A DNA stretch of 64,000 nt from Amphiscolops sp. MND2022. Its lineage: Eukaryota. This document shows positions 23,201 to 36,670 of the stretch, one piece after another. The notes under the pieces are model-generated. The model was not told the DNA's origin. It worked only from the letters and a program-made list of their open reading frames with translations, and searched no databases. The position numbers and the translations under genes were made by a program. Positions within the stretch are counted from its first letter, which is position 1. Every line of letters starts with the position of its first letter. The DNA lies in contig OZ076409.1 in NCBI GenBank assembly GCA_964187785.1, positions 78,308,001 through 78,372,000 of the forward strand, given 5' to 3'.

Positions 23201-26200
23201 GTTGACAACTTGAATTTACCTGAAGATCTAGGTTCAAACGGCGCAAGTTCTAATTATAGAAATAAACTGGAGCTATGTATTGATAGTCCTTACATGAATT
23301 GTGAGAACACCGAGTTCTGTCTTGCTCTGGCTTCTCAGAAGTACTGTTGGATGACTGAAGAAACGCTTCAAGCATTGATGAACTCTTTTGGCGACATGGA
23401 ATGTCTCTATTGCGGCAAGTTTTACCACAACGCTTCCCGTTTTTACGCTCACCAGAACTTACATACCAAAGCCACTCAATACAAATGTGTGGACTGCGAC
23501 TATTTCTCTCACAGCATCCAGCTTCTGCGATATCACCAAGACAGGTCGGTGACTCACTGATTCATTATTTTCCACCTTTATTTCATATCTAGGAAAAGAA
23601 ATGAAGCCCACATGTGATAGCGTTTTCATCAAAATACCAAAATTTTTCTAAGAAGTTTTCTAAAAATTTTTCTGATTTCAATCGAGGTTTTTATTATTTC
23701 TGCTTTAGCAGGAATATTATTGAAATCTCAAAATGTCTACTTTTTTTTCAGTACAATTGTTGGCACGATACTGAATAATTCAGATATTTTGTTCGGCAGT
23801 GACTATAAGCGTGAGAATTGAATTTCTCAAGCTGCCGACAACATTTCAATCCTCGTGCGATGGAACGAGCGAGTGGTAATTATGCATTCGTAAGCTGACA
23901 TCATTGAGATGAAGCGAGCGAATGTTCGTAATTGTGCTTTCGTTGCGCCGAGTTGAGATGAAGCGAATGAGTGTTAATTATTCTTTTGCGGAGAGCTTCG
24001 CCTGCATTCAAATATGTTTGCTTTAGTCCGAGATTTACTACTATTACTACTAAAAGACTGAATTGATTCTAGTCAGCAATTGATTCTAGAAAGAAATACT
24101 TGATGGTATTTACATGTACAGATTTTTTAAACAACAGATTTAAAGGCGGTATAAACGGGTACAGTGCTTAATTGTGCGCTAAATAATGAATAAAACGGAA
24201 TGTATTGGTATTCCAGATGAAAGATTGAAGCAGAAATAGTAGTGTGCCCCGGAGGGGCCTATTTTCCGGAAAGATAATTATGCTCAGATAGTTTGAGTGG
24301 AACCAATTTGCGTCTATTGTCGAGAAATGGTGTCTCAAGGCGTGTCATCAAGCTGTCTCGCAATCTGATTGGCCGATACTTAGCCGATTGGGAAATATTT
24401 GATCCTAACTCATTCGTTTTTCAAATTTTCAGTTTGTTCCAAGGTGCTTACTCTACTTTGCTTACTCTACTTTGCACAAGTTGAAAAGTTTTCAGTATTT
24501 TGAAAAGTTTCTTACTGAATCGTACAGTCAAGTCGCCCCTTCACAATTTAAAATAATGTGATTATGAATTTTTTTACGGAGAAAGTCCTGGATTTAATAC
24601 GGTGTTTTATTCTGATTTTAGAACGACAAAATTCACAATTTAAAATAATGTGATTGATTTTTTTACGGAGAAAGTCCTGGATTTAATACGGTGTTTTATT
24701 CTGATCTCAGAACGACAAAATTCAATCAAATTTATTCTCCAGCCAAAAGTTAACGGTGACCTTGATTTCGGAGCAGTGTTTACACCATTTACTTGAATAT
24801 AAAAGTTATCCCGACTTCCACTCTGTCGAGCCAATGAGCGTGGAATCTTCTAAATTTCAAATTTTGATATGAACTAGATATGATTATCATTTCTAAACGT
24901 TTGTATTTTTGAAAGTTGATCATTTTCGTTTAGAACTCATGGGATAGAAAATCTGAGATGCAATGAATGCGAGTACGTTACAACGAGTCGAGTCAGATTA
25001 GCTCAACATCTGAAGAAACATTTGCCTAAAATGGAGAAAAAATGTCAGAAGTGCCCTTTCACTTGGTATGATTTTTCTGATCATAGTAGACTCAAAAGTA
25101 TTGATATCACTTAATCCCTTTTCAATTTTCAGCGAAGTTGATCGCCGAATGAGGGAGCATTTCACTGTGTACCACCCAGAAAGTACCGCAGAAGAGATAG
25201 CTTTGGCTATCGGTGGTAAAAGAAGCGCAAACGTAAGTTACCGTATAAGCTTTATTTCCGCATTATTTTTACTGGTAAAATGGAAGGAAAGATTTGTTTT
25301 TAGTCGGCGCTTTTCTAGTGAAAAGTGCCCGACTCTTACAGTGGCTAGTTTTTTTTTCGTCAGACTACAATCTCACTCTGATTGGGCCACTTTTCTTACA
25401 ATCGAAACCACTACCATAAGGGCAAGTCCGGTCAGCGGAAATTAGTGCAAAAGGGTCACCCCTTTCATTTTTTACTATTTTAACGTAACCTACAAAACCG
25501 GACGAGACTAAAGGGTCCCCCCTTTCGATTTTCTTTCGGCATTGTGCGACATTTTTCGAAAATTTTTTAATGTCAAAATTGTCCCCCTTTCGAGTTTTTT
25601 GATATTTTGCAACAGAATATATGTTAATAAAGCCCAGAGGGTCCCCCCTTTTACATTTTTAGGCACTATGCGACATTTTCTGAAACAAAAAAAAATTCAA
25701 AAATTTCAAGTTTTTTTCAAAAAAAGTCTTTTGCGCTTTTTGAGCCTTAGATATAGAGCCGACTTTAGACGTTCCCGTCTTGTTTAAATTCGAGGTTTGT
25801 GATATCAAGACTTAACATTAAATACACCGTTTTTAACTTCAATGAACGAAATTTTAATTTAGTTGAACGTGCTTCTTAATTCCACCAATGACAATTGAAA
25901 TAGATCAATGCTATCACAATTCCAATTTAGATGAATAAAAGCTAATTTTATTTGAATAAACACGAAAGCTAACAAAACTCGACAGCCAATTAAAAAAGTC
26001 ATTCCAAATTGTCATTTTGGTTGAATAAGAATACAATTTACTTGAATACACCAATTTTACTTCTAATGAAGCATGCTTACGCATCAATTGACCGATAAAA
26101 TGAGTCGTATCCTAACCATAGCGTCGCTTTATATTTCCACATTGAGTAAAAAATCACTTTCAGTGAGCTCTAGCTGCGAACGACGGAAAACGAGGCAATA

Positions 26201-29200
26201 GAATTTTGAATTTGAATGAATCAATCGCTAAGAAAATGATTTTTCACTAAGCAGCGAGAAAGAAAACTCTAACAGTGACGTGCAAGCCTTTTGCGATCAA
26301 CAACAGCTACGTTTGTTTTCATTCTGCAATATTTATTTAAAGTGATTCTCTATTCATTTCAAATTGAGATTGAGTTGGCAGAACTTCTGATTGGTTTCCG
26401 GAAGTTTGTTAATTCTTAACTAGGTTCACTTGAAATAAAATTTGCTTCACTTATTTTGGAACTGAATTTTTTGTTTTAAGTCGTTTTTTGTTTGGCTGTC
26501 AACGCCACTTCGGTATTCAACTAAATTGGAATTCTCTTCATTTAAATTAAAATTGGTGTAAAATGGAGGGCAGAGAATCAAGCAGCAGTTGCGTAAGTTA
26601 AACTCAGCAAATTCTGTCTCAGCGAAAGAAGGAGATATTGGAAATTGGTGATTAGTTCATCTAAAATGGAATTTAATTCAATTAAATTGAAATGTTGCCT
26701 GTTTAGTTTTATCGCCACTCGCAGATTCATCTAAAATGAAATTTATTCATTTAAATTGACGTCGATCAGCGGCGACAGGTAAATGGAACGATTACATCTT
26801 ATTGGTGAATTCATTCAACTTGAAATGATATTCATCTAAATTAGAAACGGTGTATTAGGACTTAAATTATTCGAATAACTTGTGCTTTTAACCCTAATTA
26901 ACCTGGTGGTACTTTAAAGCAGCCTACCATTTTTTCAGTTTCTGATTCCTTTTGCCAGCAGCCCATATTCTCTAGCACAGTTTGTATGCAACACTTCATT
27001 GGTACCTGATTCAACAGAGTGAGTTGAACGGCACAAGCATTAGGAAGAGTAAATATGTCTCCAAAACTGAGAAAAATGAGTTTTTTTGCAAAAAAAATTT
27101 TTCTAAATTTCAGTTTTTGGCGAAATCCAGTTTTCTCAAAAAATCGTGACCCATAGCAAAAACCAAACCCGTACACTTGCATAACAAGTTCTTACGCAAC
27201 AAGTCCAAATAATATTCTATTGTTACTACAAGCCCCGCGCAGCGGGCTGCACGAAGTGCGGAACTACCGAGATGCGGCGGTACCGGAAAAAGAAACTAAA
27301 AGTATGAAGGAGGGGGCGCGCGTGGACAGGGGCTCACTTGATCGAAATGAAAGCCCAATACCAGGCCTTTCAAACGCGCTATAGTTCGTTTCTCTGGTAC
27401 GCGTAGCTGTGGAGATATTAATTAATTTATATTTTTAATCCGAATTTTTGCAAGAGCGCCCAGGTCCATTAGGGTTAATTCAAGATATAAGTTTTCCCTT
27501 TTTTCGTCGGACTACGGAATGTATCTGAATAATCCACTTATTACAGACTTCTAACCTAAGACCTAACGCTTACCCAAAGCAGCCAACGGGTTTTTGGCGT
27601 TTTTAGTCCTCCCCTTTGGATATTGTTTGACGCTACGAGATTTTTCAAAGTTTTCATTACAGACTGCGGTTTTTGAGCAAGTTATAGACGTTCTTGTCTT
27701 GTTGATTCGTGCATTGCCATAGCGAAGAATTCAAAAGATTTTACATACAAGATTGTTTTGAACAAGTATTCGGACTCCAGTGGGTTTTGTTGAAGTTCGT
27801 GTTTCGAGGACAAAGTGTGGTTTAACTTGATTGAGCTTGTATCTGTTAGTGTGTAATTATGCGGCTTTTAGATGGTGCCCAATCTGAAAATCGAGCCCTG
27901 TAAAATGTGCGGAAAGGTGTTTGAGAGCAGCTTGTTGCAAGAGCATTTGAAGAGTCATCAAAACGAGAGTGTCCTTAAAGTTAGTATTCGAACAAATCTT
28001 TCTCATTGCGACTATATTTTTCAATTTTCAACGTTTCTGCTGTTTTAGTGCTCACAGCCTCAGTGCGAATTTACCTGCAGCAATGAAGCCTATATGACGT
28101 CTCACGAGCAGCAGCACGAGAAAGCGAAAGCAGAGGCGCTGAAAGCAGCACAAAATGTTCACATGTTCTCTTGTCCCTTGTGCAATTCTCATTTGAAGTC
28201 GGAAAAAGCACTCACTTCTCACATAGTGAATGCGCACTTCGAAAGTGACGTGTGTCCACAATGCGGCCATGAGGTTGGTTAGCTTTTAACTATCAAAAAA
28301 TTGATTTGTCGAATAGTGGTTTGTACGAAAGTACAGACTGAAAGTGAATACATTTTGGCCTTCGTTTCGAACTTTGAAACACGTTACAAACATGTTTGCT
28401 TCAAGTATCAAACGTCTGTTTTGCTTTAGAATCTTTCAGCAGACTATGTACATGCTTCACGTCGTTTTTTTCTACTACCTGATATCACTTGTTAATGTGT
28501 AGGATAGATGAAACTTGAATAAAATGTTGGAATTCCGAATAAAATGTAGCTGGTCGATTATTTGAAAGTGTTTGCATCCCTTGCCTAAAGTATTTTTCAA
28601 TGCTTGCTCTGTTAGATTTTCAAATGTAAAGATCAAAAGAGCATGTGGATGATTCAAATATGTGCACTAAAATGACAGATTTTGCTATATGGCTGAATTT
28701 TATGTTATTTTAGTCTGCCAACAGAGGTGATTTTCACTGCCATCTGCTAATCCACAGCGAAGCCAAATCGTATGCTTGCAATATTTGCCCGACTGTTTTG
28801 CTGCAAGAAGCTAAAATGGAGGAGCACTTCAGAACAAAGCATCCAGGGTTGAGGGTACGTTGCCTTTTTGCGCAATTTTTAGGAGTCCGAAAAAATTTTC
28901 GGCTAATCATGCAATCGTGTCGTTTTTTTTCCCGACCTTTCATGAAAATTTCAAATTTCTCAAAAACTGTCCATACGATTTTCATAAAATTTTGCACAGT
29001 CAATCTACACCCAAAGGAGCCCCTACATGCGCAAAGGCATCAAAATCGTATGACTGGAATGTGAGAAACATAGCCAAAATTAGCCCAAAAATGGCCAAAA
29101 AACAGTCATTTTTCGACTTTTTTCGATTTTCGCAAAAACTCCATACGATTCGAACGAAATTTTTAGTCATTCTACACCATATTATGGTCCTTTGTGTGTA

Positions 29201-31619
29201 ATTTCATCAAAATCGTATGGCTGGGATGTGAGAAACATAGCCAAAATAACCCAAAATGGCAAAAAGCCATTTTTCGACTTTTTTTACAGTCATTTTCTAC
29301 ACCATAATATGGTCCTATGTGTGCAATTTCAATAAATTCGTATGACTGGGATTCGAGCGAGTCAGAAGGAAAAAGACCTAAGCCGACTCCTTTACCGCAT
29401 ATGCGGCTCTAGTTGTCTTGTCTCAAAACTGGAATTTGTGTGAAATAATTTGACTCGGCAATTGTTCCAGATGCATTACACGTCCTTCATTAACGAGAAT
29501 CCAATTCCCATCATAGACATCGTTCAATTGCAACATCAACCGGTCTCTGAAATGCAGCCTGCAACCGCAGATGGTAGGCCAGCTGAAAACAGCGGTTCGG
29601 CTGAGTCTATGCAGGATATGCAGAAGGAAACCGAAAGCATGCCTCCGGAGGTGCCAGCTGGAGATAGTGGTACTCACATGGATGATGGCCACCATGCATC
29701 TGGCGGACACCTGATCATAACAGAAGAACAAATCAACGCTGCTCTTCAAGCACTTGTTGAAGCTGGAGAAAACGTCCCTGAAGGTATGTATATTTATTAT
29801 TGGCATATAGAGATGCTACGAAGGCCTTGAATTGCTAGTCTACAAATGAATGAAAATACTTCCTATTAAACAGTTTGTCATTGGTGGGCTAAGTACTGTC
29901 AATTCGAACTCCCTGATAGCTTTTGCACACCTAAATAAGCAGTTTTAAGAACTTCAACTAAGTTACTCAAATTTTTTCTTATAATCTAGGCAATTTTTGT
30001 CATTCCGAAGTTATTCCGGAAACAACTTGAAAGCTTGCGTGGTCTAACGCAGCCGAAAAGTTCGAAAGATTGTTGGAGAATTATGTTATCACTGATAACA
30101 AATGGGGTCTCTTGGAATAAGAAGGATGATGTTTGCTTATTGCACATGACGAAGTCAATGTGCATTGCAGTCCAGCTAAGAAAGTTTTTTTTTCCACAAT
30201 AGCCAACTTCATAATAAGCGCCTTTTAGAGAAAAGCCAAAACCCCAGAGAGATTCGAACCTGCAGCCTCCCGATTGCGCGGCATAAGTGTTAACCACTGT
30301 GCCATAAGGACGTTATTGAATAAAGTTGAACTGTTGAATATATACGCATGCGATTAAAATAATATATATACGCATATTAAAATAATCGTTGTCTTCGTCA
30401 TGTGTTGCGAAGCACCGCTTCGCCTCTGTGTAATGATTGCTGTCTGGGACATCGTAGGAACAAAGTCATTAATAATTGATATGCTAATTCATACACTTTG
30501 TGCATTGAACGTGAGTTTCATATATCCATGTTGCAGTCTTGGTAAGTGATTTTTATAAATAAAATTTGGAAAAGACTAGTCGGTAGTGCTTGACGCGGTT
30601 CCAACATTCATACCCGTTAAGTGGACTAAAATTAACCAGTAGAGGGAAAACGTGCGATCACAAAATGCCAACCGAATATTTCCTTGTTGAACATAAGGAT
30701 CGTAAGGCACTGTAATTCGATGACGCTCAATCAACTTTCAGCCGCGAGAATACTTATTCGAAGGTATTAATACTGAAATTGTGTTTTAGAAGGTTATTAT
30801 AATGATTATTCGATCGATTAAGCTTTAACAGTTTAACCGCATCAAGCTCTTCTAGTAAGAAAAAAGTTGGAACAGGTTGGTGTAGTTGTGAAAACTATTT
30901 GACTAGGTGCTGAGATCATGGTGGAAGACAATACACTATTCGTCAATGGAGTCGCGAAGGTGATAATTGCGCCAGCGGACGAAGAGATGCCTCTGCCCAA
31001 AGAACAACTGGAAACTATGGAGACTGCACACAACATTGGAGCAACAGATATGAGGATGAGTAATGCGGAAATGACGTCAACCGCAGAAACTGCTGTGGAC
31101 GAGAGACACTCAGCTGTGCTTGAAATGGAGACATCCGCAATGATGTCACAGTCTGTAGTTGAAGAGACAGACTTTGCACAAAGCGTTGTAACGGATGATC
31201 AAATACCTCAGGTCACTGAGAAAATGGACTCAACAATGGCAAAAGAAAGTAACACTGATCCCGCCTCAGATATTCTGGGTTCATCTAGTAAACACGCAGA
31301 AGTTCCTTCAGTGCAAACGGAGACAGATTTTCTCACGACTGGAGATGTGAAGCAACAACCAGAAGATAACATGATGCAAGTTCAAGACATGGCGGCTGCC
31401 CCTGGAGCTGATTATACAAGTGAAGAAGCAGTTTTGGATCCTCAAGCTCAAGGGGCTGTTGCCGAGGAAGAATACATCAACCTGGATAATCTCGACTTCT
31501 CCAATCTCAATCTACCTCCTGGAAATTACAATTTAGTCATCGACGAGCAGGGTCAGGCTGTTTTTGTGCCTACTGATGTAATCGATGAAAACACTATACA
31601 AGTAGTGGCTCAAGAATAA
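20232..31619 (+). CDS. Multi-C2H2 zinc-finger protein, ~1395 aa, 10 exons: 20232-20250, 20443-20503, 21169-23544, 24934-25065, 25133-25232, 27872-27979, 28049-28273, 28714-28854, 29471-29783, 30907-31619
   Basis: Many CxxC...HxxxH fingers; all introns GT-AG with compatible phases (4188 nt total); fingers are completed across junctions; acidic C-terminus. The first two exons are less certain. Confidence 0.88.
24540..24723 (+). repeat. ~92-bp tandem duplication within an intron
   Basis: TTCACAATTTAAAATAATGTGATT...GGAGAAAGTCCTGGATTTAATACGGTG...AGAACGACAAAA occurs twice. Confidence 0.85.
25297..25785 (+). mobile_element. Helentron/HINE-like non-autonomous element (intronic)
   Basis: 5' TTTTTAGTCGGCGC; 3' GAGCCTTAGATATAGAGCCGACTTTAGACGTTCCCGTCTTGTT (subterminal IR, hairpin, CTTGTT). 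Confidence 0.7.
25825..26852. mobile_element. TA-flanked MITE with subterminal repeats
   Basis: TA|CACCGTTT...AAACGGTG|TA; recurring TTCATCTAAA / TTTAGATGAA motifs near both ends. Confidence 0.65.
26892..27474. mobile_element. piggyBac-type MITE with TTAA target duplication
   Basis: TTAA|CCCTAATTAACCTGG ... CCAGGTCCATTAGGG|TTAA (15-bp TIR, 2 mismatches). Confidence 0.75.
28875..29414 (+). mobile_element. Second HINE-like family with internal tandem duplication (intronic)
   Basis: 5' TTTTTAGGAGTC; 3' GACTCCT, then hairpin CCGCATATGCGG, then CTCTAGTT; repeated CATCAAAATCGTATG...GAGAAACATAGCCAAAAT block. Confidence 0.55.
30240..30308 (-). repeat. tRNA-derived (SINE-head-like) sequence
   Basis: Reverse strand reads TGGCACAGTGG (A box) ... 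GGTTCGAATC (B box); no convincing cloverleaf. Confidence 0.5.
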
Positions 31620-31881
31620 ATAAGGAATAGACTCAATCAAACTTCAAAATTGTCATTGTTTTTGTTATTTATGTCCTTTTGTTAAAACTAGTCAATCGCG
31701 TGAGCTTTGGTAATCAATCAGTTTAGTTAATTTTTTTTTCATATTCCTCAAAGAACTTGAAACTCACTTGAAATGAGGTATTAAACTCTTTTGTAAGTTA
31801 TATTTCTATTTAAGATCGGGTTTTGTTATATCATTAAGATAAGTTTCGTTGCTTTTTATCCTCGATAGTACACTGCGAAGT

Positions 31882-32196
31882 AAAACAAGCCGGGACCGGC
31901 CCAAGTCGGCGCCATATCTAACGATCAAAAATAGCAAAAGGACTTCAAATAGTCGAAGTATTCTCTTCTACAGCACCCGAAAAAAATTTTAGTCTCAACT
32001 CCAAAAAAATTGAAGGGGGACGCTTTGGTCTCGTCCTGTATTGTGTTACGCGGGAAACCTTTGGTTCAGTTCCCTGGGCCAACTGGGGCAATTTGAAATT
32101 TTGTAGAACTTTTGGTAGTTTCAGGTGTATCAAAAAAACACTGACGAAAAGCCATGACTATAGTCGGCTCTTTTCAAGAAAAGCGCCGACTAAAAA
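31882..32196 (-). mobile_element. Helentron/HINE-like element downstream of the zinc-finger gene
   Basis: AACAAGCCGGGACCGGCCCAAGTCGGCGCCATATCTA ... AAAGCGCCGACTAAAAA. Confidence 0.7.
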
Positions 32197-34577
32197 TTGA
32201 CAAAATTTTGGCAATGTTTTTTTCGAAGCTTCATTTCTCTATAAATCGCAGCTCAAATCGGTATTCTGCTCCTGAAAGCCCTTTACATAGGCTTTCAAAT
32301 GCACACTAGCTAGGCTGGGCCACCTTTCAAATGCCAGTCAAACTCATAACTGAATCTTCATTGAGAAAACGTCTATATGCGTCTTCAATGGTGAGACTTC
32401 AAATGTACGGGACAGTAACTTAGCAAAAGAAAAACAGTGTCGTTTTCCTATATTGTTTTTGCGTTTCGTAATTTTTTCTCGATTGCGAAAAAAATCGCTG
32501 TCCCCTATTGAGGACGAAATCACTGTCGAGGTTATGAAAGTTATCAGCTGTGCACGAATAGAAAAGCTAGAATAGAAAACAAAGTATACGAAAATCATGA
32601 AACACTGAAAAATTTTGGATAATCTTACGGCAGTTTTGCAGTCAGCGTTTTCGTCTTCACGATCTCACGTTGCCATCGTTGGGCAACCGTTTAACCTTCC
32701 GTTTGTTTTCAAATACAGTTTTTGAAAGGTGAAGCAGAGGCTTCGTTCCTATGAAGAACCAAATTGTAGTGTACTTGGATTCAATGAAAAGCTCCTTGGC
32801 CCAACTGCTTGTTCTTTTTTTCCATATACTGGATTATGGGTTCGAAGCTCACGTTTTATGAACAATTTTTGGTAAATAAATTAAACGGAAAACCTAAACT
32901 GCAAAAATTCAGACAGCTAAACCATCTGATTGCTTCATTTTTCAAGTGCGGAATGCACAGTTTCCAGAAGCTAAGTTAAATTTGATTCAAGCCAAACAAC
33001 TCAAATCAACGTTGCATCTATTCACAATTCAACAGAAGCATTAATTTTGCTGCATTTTGTATCATGTTCTTGTCAATTGATAGAGTGAGAAATGTTCACC
33101 TGAAGACTACTTTTCTGCAAGTACACAAACTCTTGGCACAGCACTGTCGAAAATATAATAGATAAATTAATTTATCTGGCTAAATTACAAGCAACATCAA
33201 TTTAAAACCAAAAGGATAGATCAATGCCAGAAAAGACTCCCAAAAGGCGATCGCCCGGTTGAAGGGAGCCTCTTAATTGTGAAATTAAGTTATTTCTGGA
33301 ACAGAAATTGACATCGGGGAAAAACGGAACATCGGGAAAAAACTATTCCATGACTTTTTGGAGGGTTTCAATGCGCGTGAAAACAGTGAGAGATCATGTG
33401 CTATCAATTATTGGCACAGACAGTCAACAGTGTATTAAGATAGCTGGAAAAACAGATGTGAAGATGAAGTTTCAATAAAATTCACTGAAAACTCCCTTGT
33501 ACCCATGCTGATAGTTTCATTTGACATTGCAAAGGTAAAAGATTTTGGTTTACTGTGAGGCTCGTACCCTGATACTCCTCACATCCCAGACATCGTCGTA
33601 AGGAATTCCGAGTAAACCTCTATGCCAAGTGGCAGTGATTAGTTCCTGTTAGAAGTTACAGAAATGCTTATAGAACTGTCACTTCGGTGATCTTTAAAAC
33701 CACTACTACAGTCGGCTTTTTTTTAAAAATCGAAAACTCCAACTAATAGTTGAAATTACAATTTCCACGTTATATTTGTGAGTCATTGTTTTATTTAAAC
33801 CTTTTGTAAGCTTTTCTTTGCCAAACTTGTGTCTGGAAAGTGTCCCATTATTCCATCATGCGTCTCAAAGTATGTGTAAAATACGACAGCACCCTTGTGC
33901 CTCTTGTTGGTGGGCGTATTTTGTAACATAATAAGTCTTACTTTTACAGAGGCAAGATTTCGTTTTTGTCATTTCTCACACTTCAGGTTAATTTTTCTGT
34001 TCAATTTGTTTAACTTCGTGAGTGATTTTAATATCGTGAAACAAGTCTAAATGTATCTAGGGCCATGTCATTTTCAGAAACATTTACTGGCAACGGATCT
34101 CATTTTGATGTTTTTCGGCATTGCGCGATTTTTTTGAAGAAATTCATGAGAACTTGCTTGAAAATCTATGAGTATATTTATGGAAGTTTGCTTTCAATTT
34201 CTAATATTTATGCTTTTAGAGCCTTAGACGAGCGCCGACTGAGACCCTCTCGTCTTGTTATTCTACGGACAGCAAAATAAACCAGGCTTTCAAGCATTGT
34301 TTTTTCAAGATATAAGATGTAACTATATACCCCACAAATCGTTAAATTAGTTATGTATGCATTGTTACATATTGGCCGTTAAAAACATGCAATGCTTCAA
34401 GAAATCAAGATTCACTATTTTATTTAATTAAACTTGGATGAAAAAATTTGAAGGAAGTTTTCGACTTGGAAAGATGCAAACATTCAATTCTTGCACGGTT
34501 GACAGGCCTGGGGACAAGGTGTGGCAGAGCGCAAAGCTCATGCTGACCTCACTTAAACTAACTCTAAAAGAACAGGT

Positions 34578-36670
34578 TGTTAGTAAACACAACCATAGAA
34601 AAGAAAGCTAAGCAACAGATCATTCACCATATGGTCTATACGTATATTACAGTTGCTAGAATTCAAGATTACAAATCTATCATCTATTCATTCAGAAGTA
34701 GCACCCACAGTAGCATTAGTTTCCAGTCCTCTAACATGGCGCTGCGAGACATGTCCATCAGCGGGCAAGCAACAACAGCAGGCGGGTCATCCATCAATCT
34801 ACAACTTGAACGAGCAAGCGTTAGAAAGAAAAATCCTAAGCATTTTATTTTTATCATTGGGTTCAGCGGCACGGAAAAGCCTCACGGATAAATTTCCTGA
34901 TATGAGAGTGACCACAATAACATTACAAGAAATGAAGGACCATTGTGAGCAAGCATTCATCAAACGCTGAAAAAGAACGCTAGAACGATATAAATTTTTT
35001 TCGAGAAAGCAGACACAAAAAGAAACACTACGACAATTTTGGCACATCCTAATTGGCAAAGCCTCAAAGTGTGCATTCGGAGAACAAACTGAGAGCCTAA
35101 TCATGGATACGTTTATTCAAAACATGAATAATAAAAAGATACAGCAAAAACTCTACTGAACCGAAAAATGACCCCCAAGAAGCTTCAGGTTTGCCGTGAC
35201 TTACGAAGAAGGGATAAGCCAGCACCAAACATTCTAAAATGGAAAACCAGAAATCAAAAGCGAACCAGCATACGCGGTAACAGAGAAGAGAAATCCATGT
35301 ACCGGTGCGGCCCGGAATTTAGCCAAAACCACATCTCGGTTTGTAAAGCCAGAAATGAGAAATGCAGAAAGTGCGCTGTAATAGGCCATTATGCCAGAAT
35401 GTGCAAACGCCCGAAAGCTGGCAACACCAGGGGAAGAGGCAATACAGCTGGACGAGCAGGTATGAGAAGAATCAACTTGATTGAGCGAGACGGCAGCCAA
35501 TCAGAAGACAGCGGAGAACAAGATGAAGACAATGTCGTACTACACATCAGCGGCAGTGGAGTTCAACCGTTTGTAATGAACGGCAAGATAAATAACCAAC
35601 CCTTCTTCACAACGATGATTGGTTCGGGTTCACCAATCACCATTTTTACACAAGCTGACTAACGGGAATTAGTGAAGGTTGATGTCATGTTCGCTAGACC
35701 ACTGCCCAAAACAGAGCAATACGTCGACTACAACAACAAACCATAGAACCTACTGGGATTCACTACATTGAATGTAAAGGTGGGAAGACGAACAGTCAAA
35801 AATGCAACAATCGTGATATCAAGAGATGGGAAACGATCTCTAATTGGGAGCGATTGGCCTAATCAACTGATTTTCAGAGTGGGGGAGGCGAATGGAAATT
35901 GTGAGTATTCCAAAATCATTAATTTAATTTCTGAACGACGAGAAATTCAAAAACAAAGGCCAAAAATCCCAGAACTGTTCAGTAGACAAGGAAAAATAAA
36001 GGGGCATAAAATTAAGTGTGAATTCCGAAAGGACACCACCACAACCCAACAGAAGGGCAGAAGAATCCCGCTCCTACTACAAGACGCAGTGGAAGCAGTA
36101 ATAGATAAACTTTTAAAAGAGGGGCATATCAGAAGGGTGGACAAAATAAGTGATGAAGTGTTCATACAACCTGTGGTGACACCAAGAAACCATAAAACCT
36201 ATGGTGACTGTCAAGAAGGACAGAACCGTCAAGATAGCACTAGATGCCAGGGCCCTGAATAACGCCATTCTGAAAGAAAAAAATCAAATGCCCTTGACAA
36301 TGTCATGGAACAAGCAGCCGAGATAATAAACGGCGGGACAGAGGGCGAAGTAGGATTCACATCACTGGATATGCAATACGCAAATTGGCAAACCGAACTA
36401 CATCCAGAGACGGCACGTCACTACAATTTTCAAATAATTGGAGGACGAGCCACCGGAACTCACGCTTTCAACAACGGTTTCCACGGACTCACAATTATGC
36501 CCCCGAGTTCCAAAATATCATGGATCAATTACTACACAAAATTCAAAAAAGGTTCGCATTCATCGATGACATACTAGTGGTGACGAAAGGCACGTACGAA
36601 CAGCACATGGCTAAAGTAGAAGTCATGAAAACGCTAGACGACGCGGGGATCCGACTAAAACTTGAAAAAT
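34578..36670 (+). mobile_element. Decayed, 3'-truncated Ty3/Gypsy element: short 5' LTR (34578-34736), PBS, gag-PR-RT pseudogene
   Basis: TGTTAG...CTAACA followed directly by TGGCGCTGCGAG; CRKCAVIGHYARMC knuckle; MIGSGSPITI (mutated protease); LDAR, SLDMQYA, FIDDIL; many stops and frameshifts. Confidence 0.82.

Noticed and set aside
25233..25787. ORFs 25068-25445 and 25542-25787 as independent genes
   Set aside because: Read-through of a zinc-finger exon into intron and HINE sequence; no protein-like features
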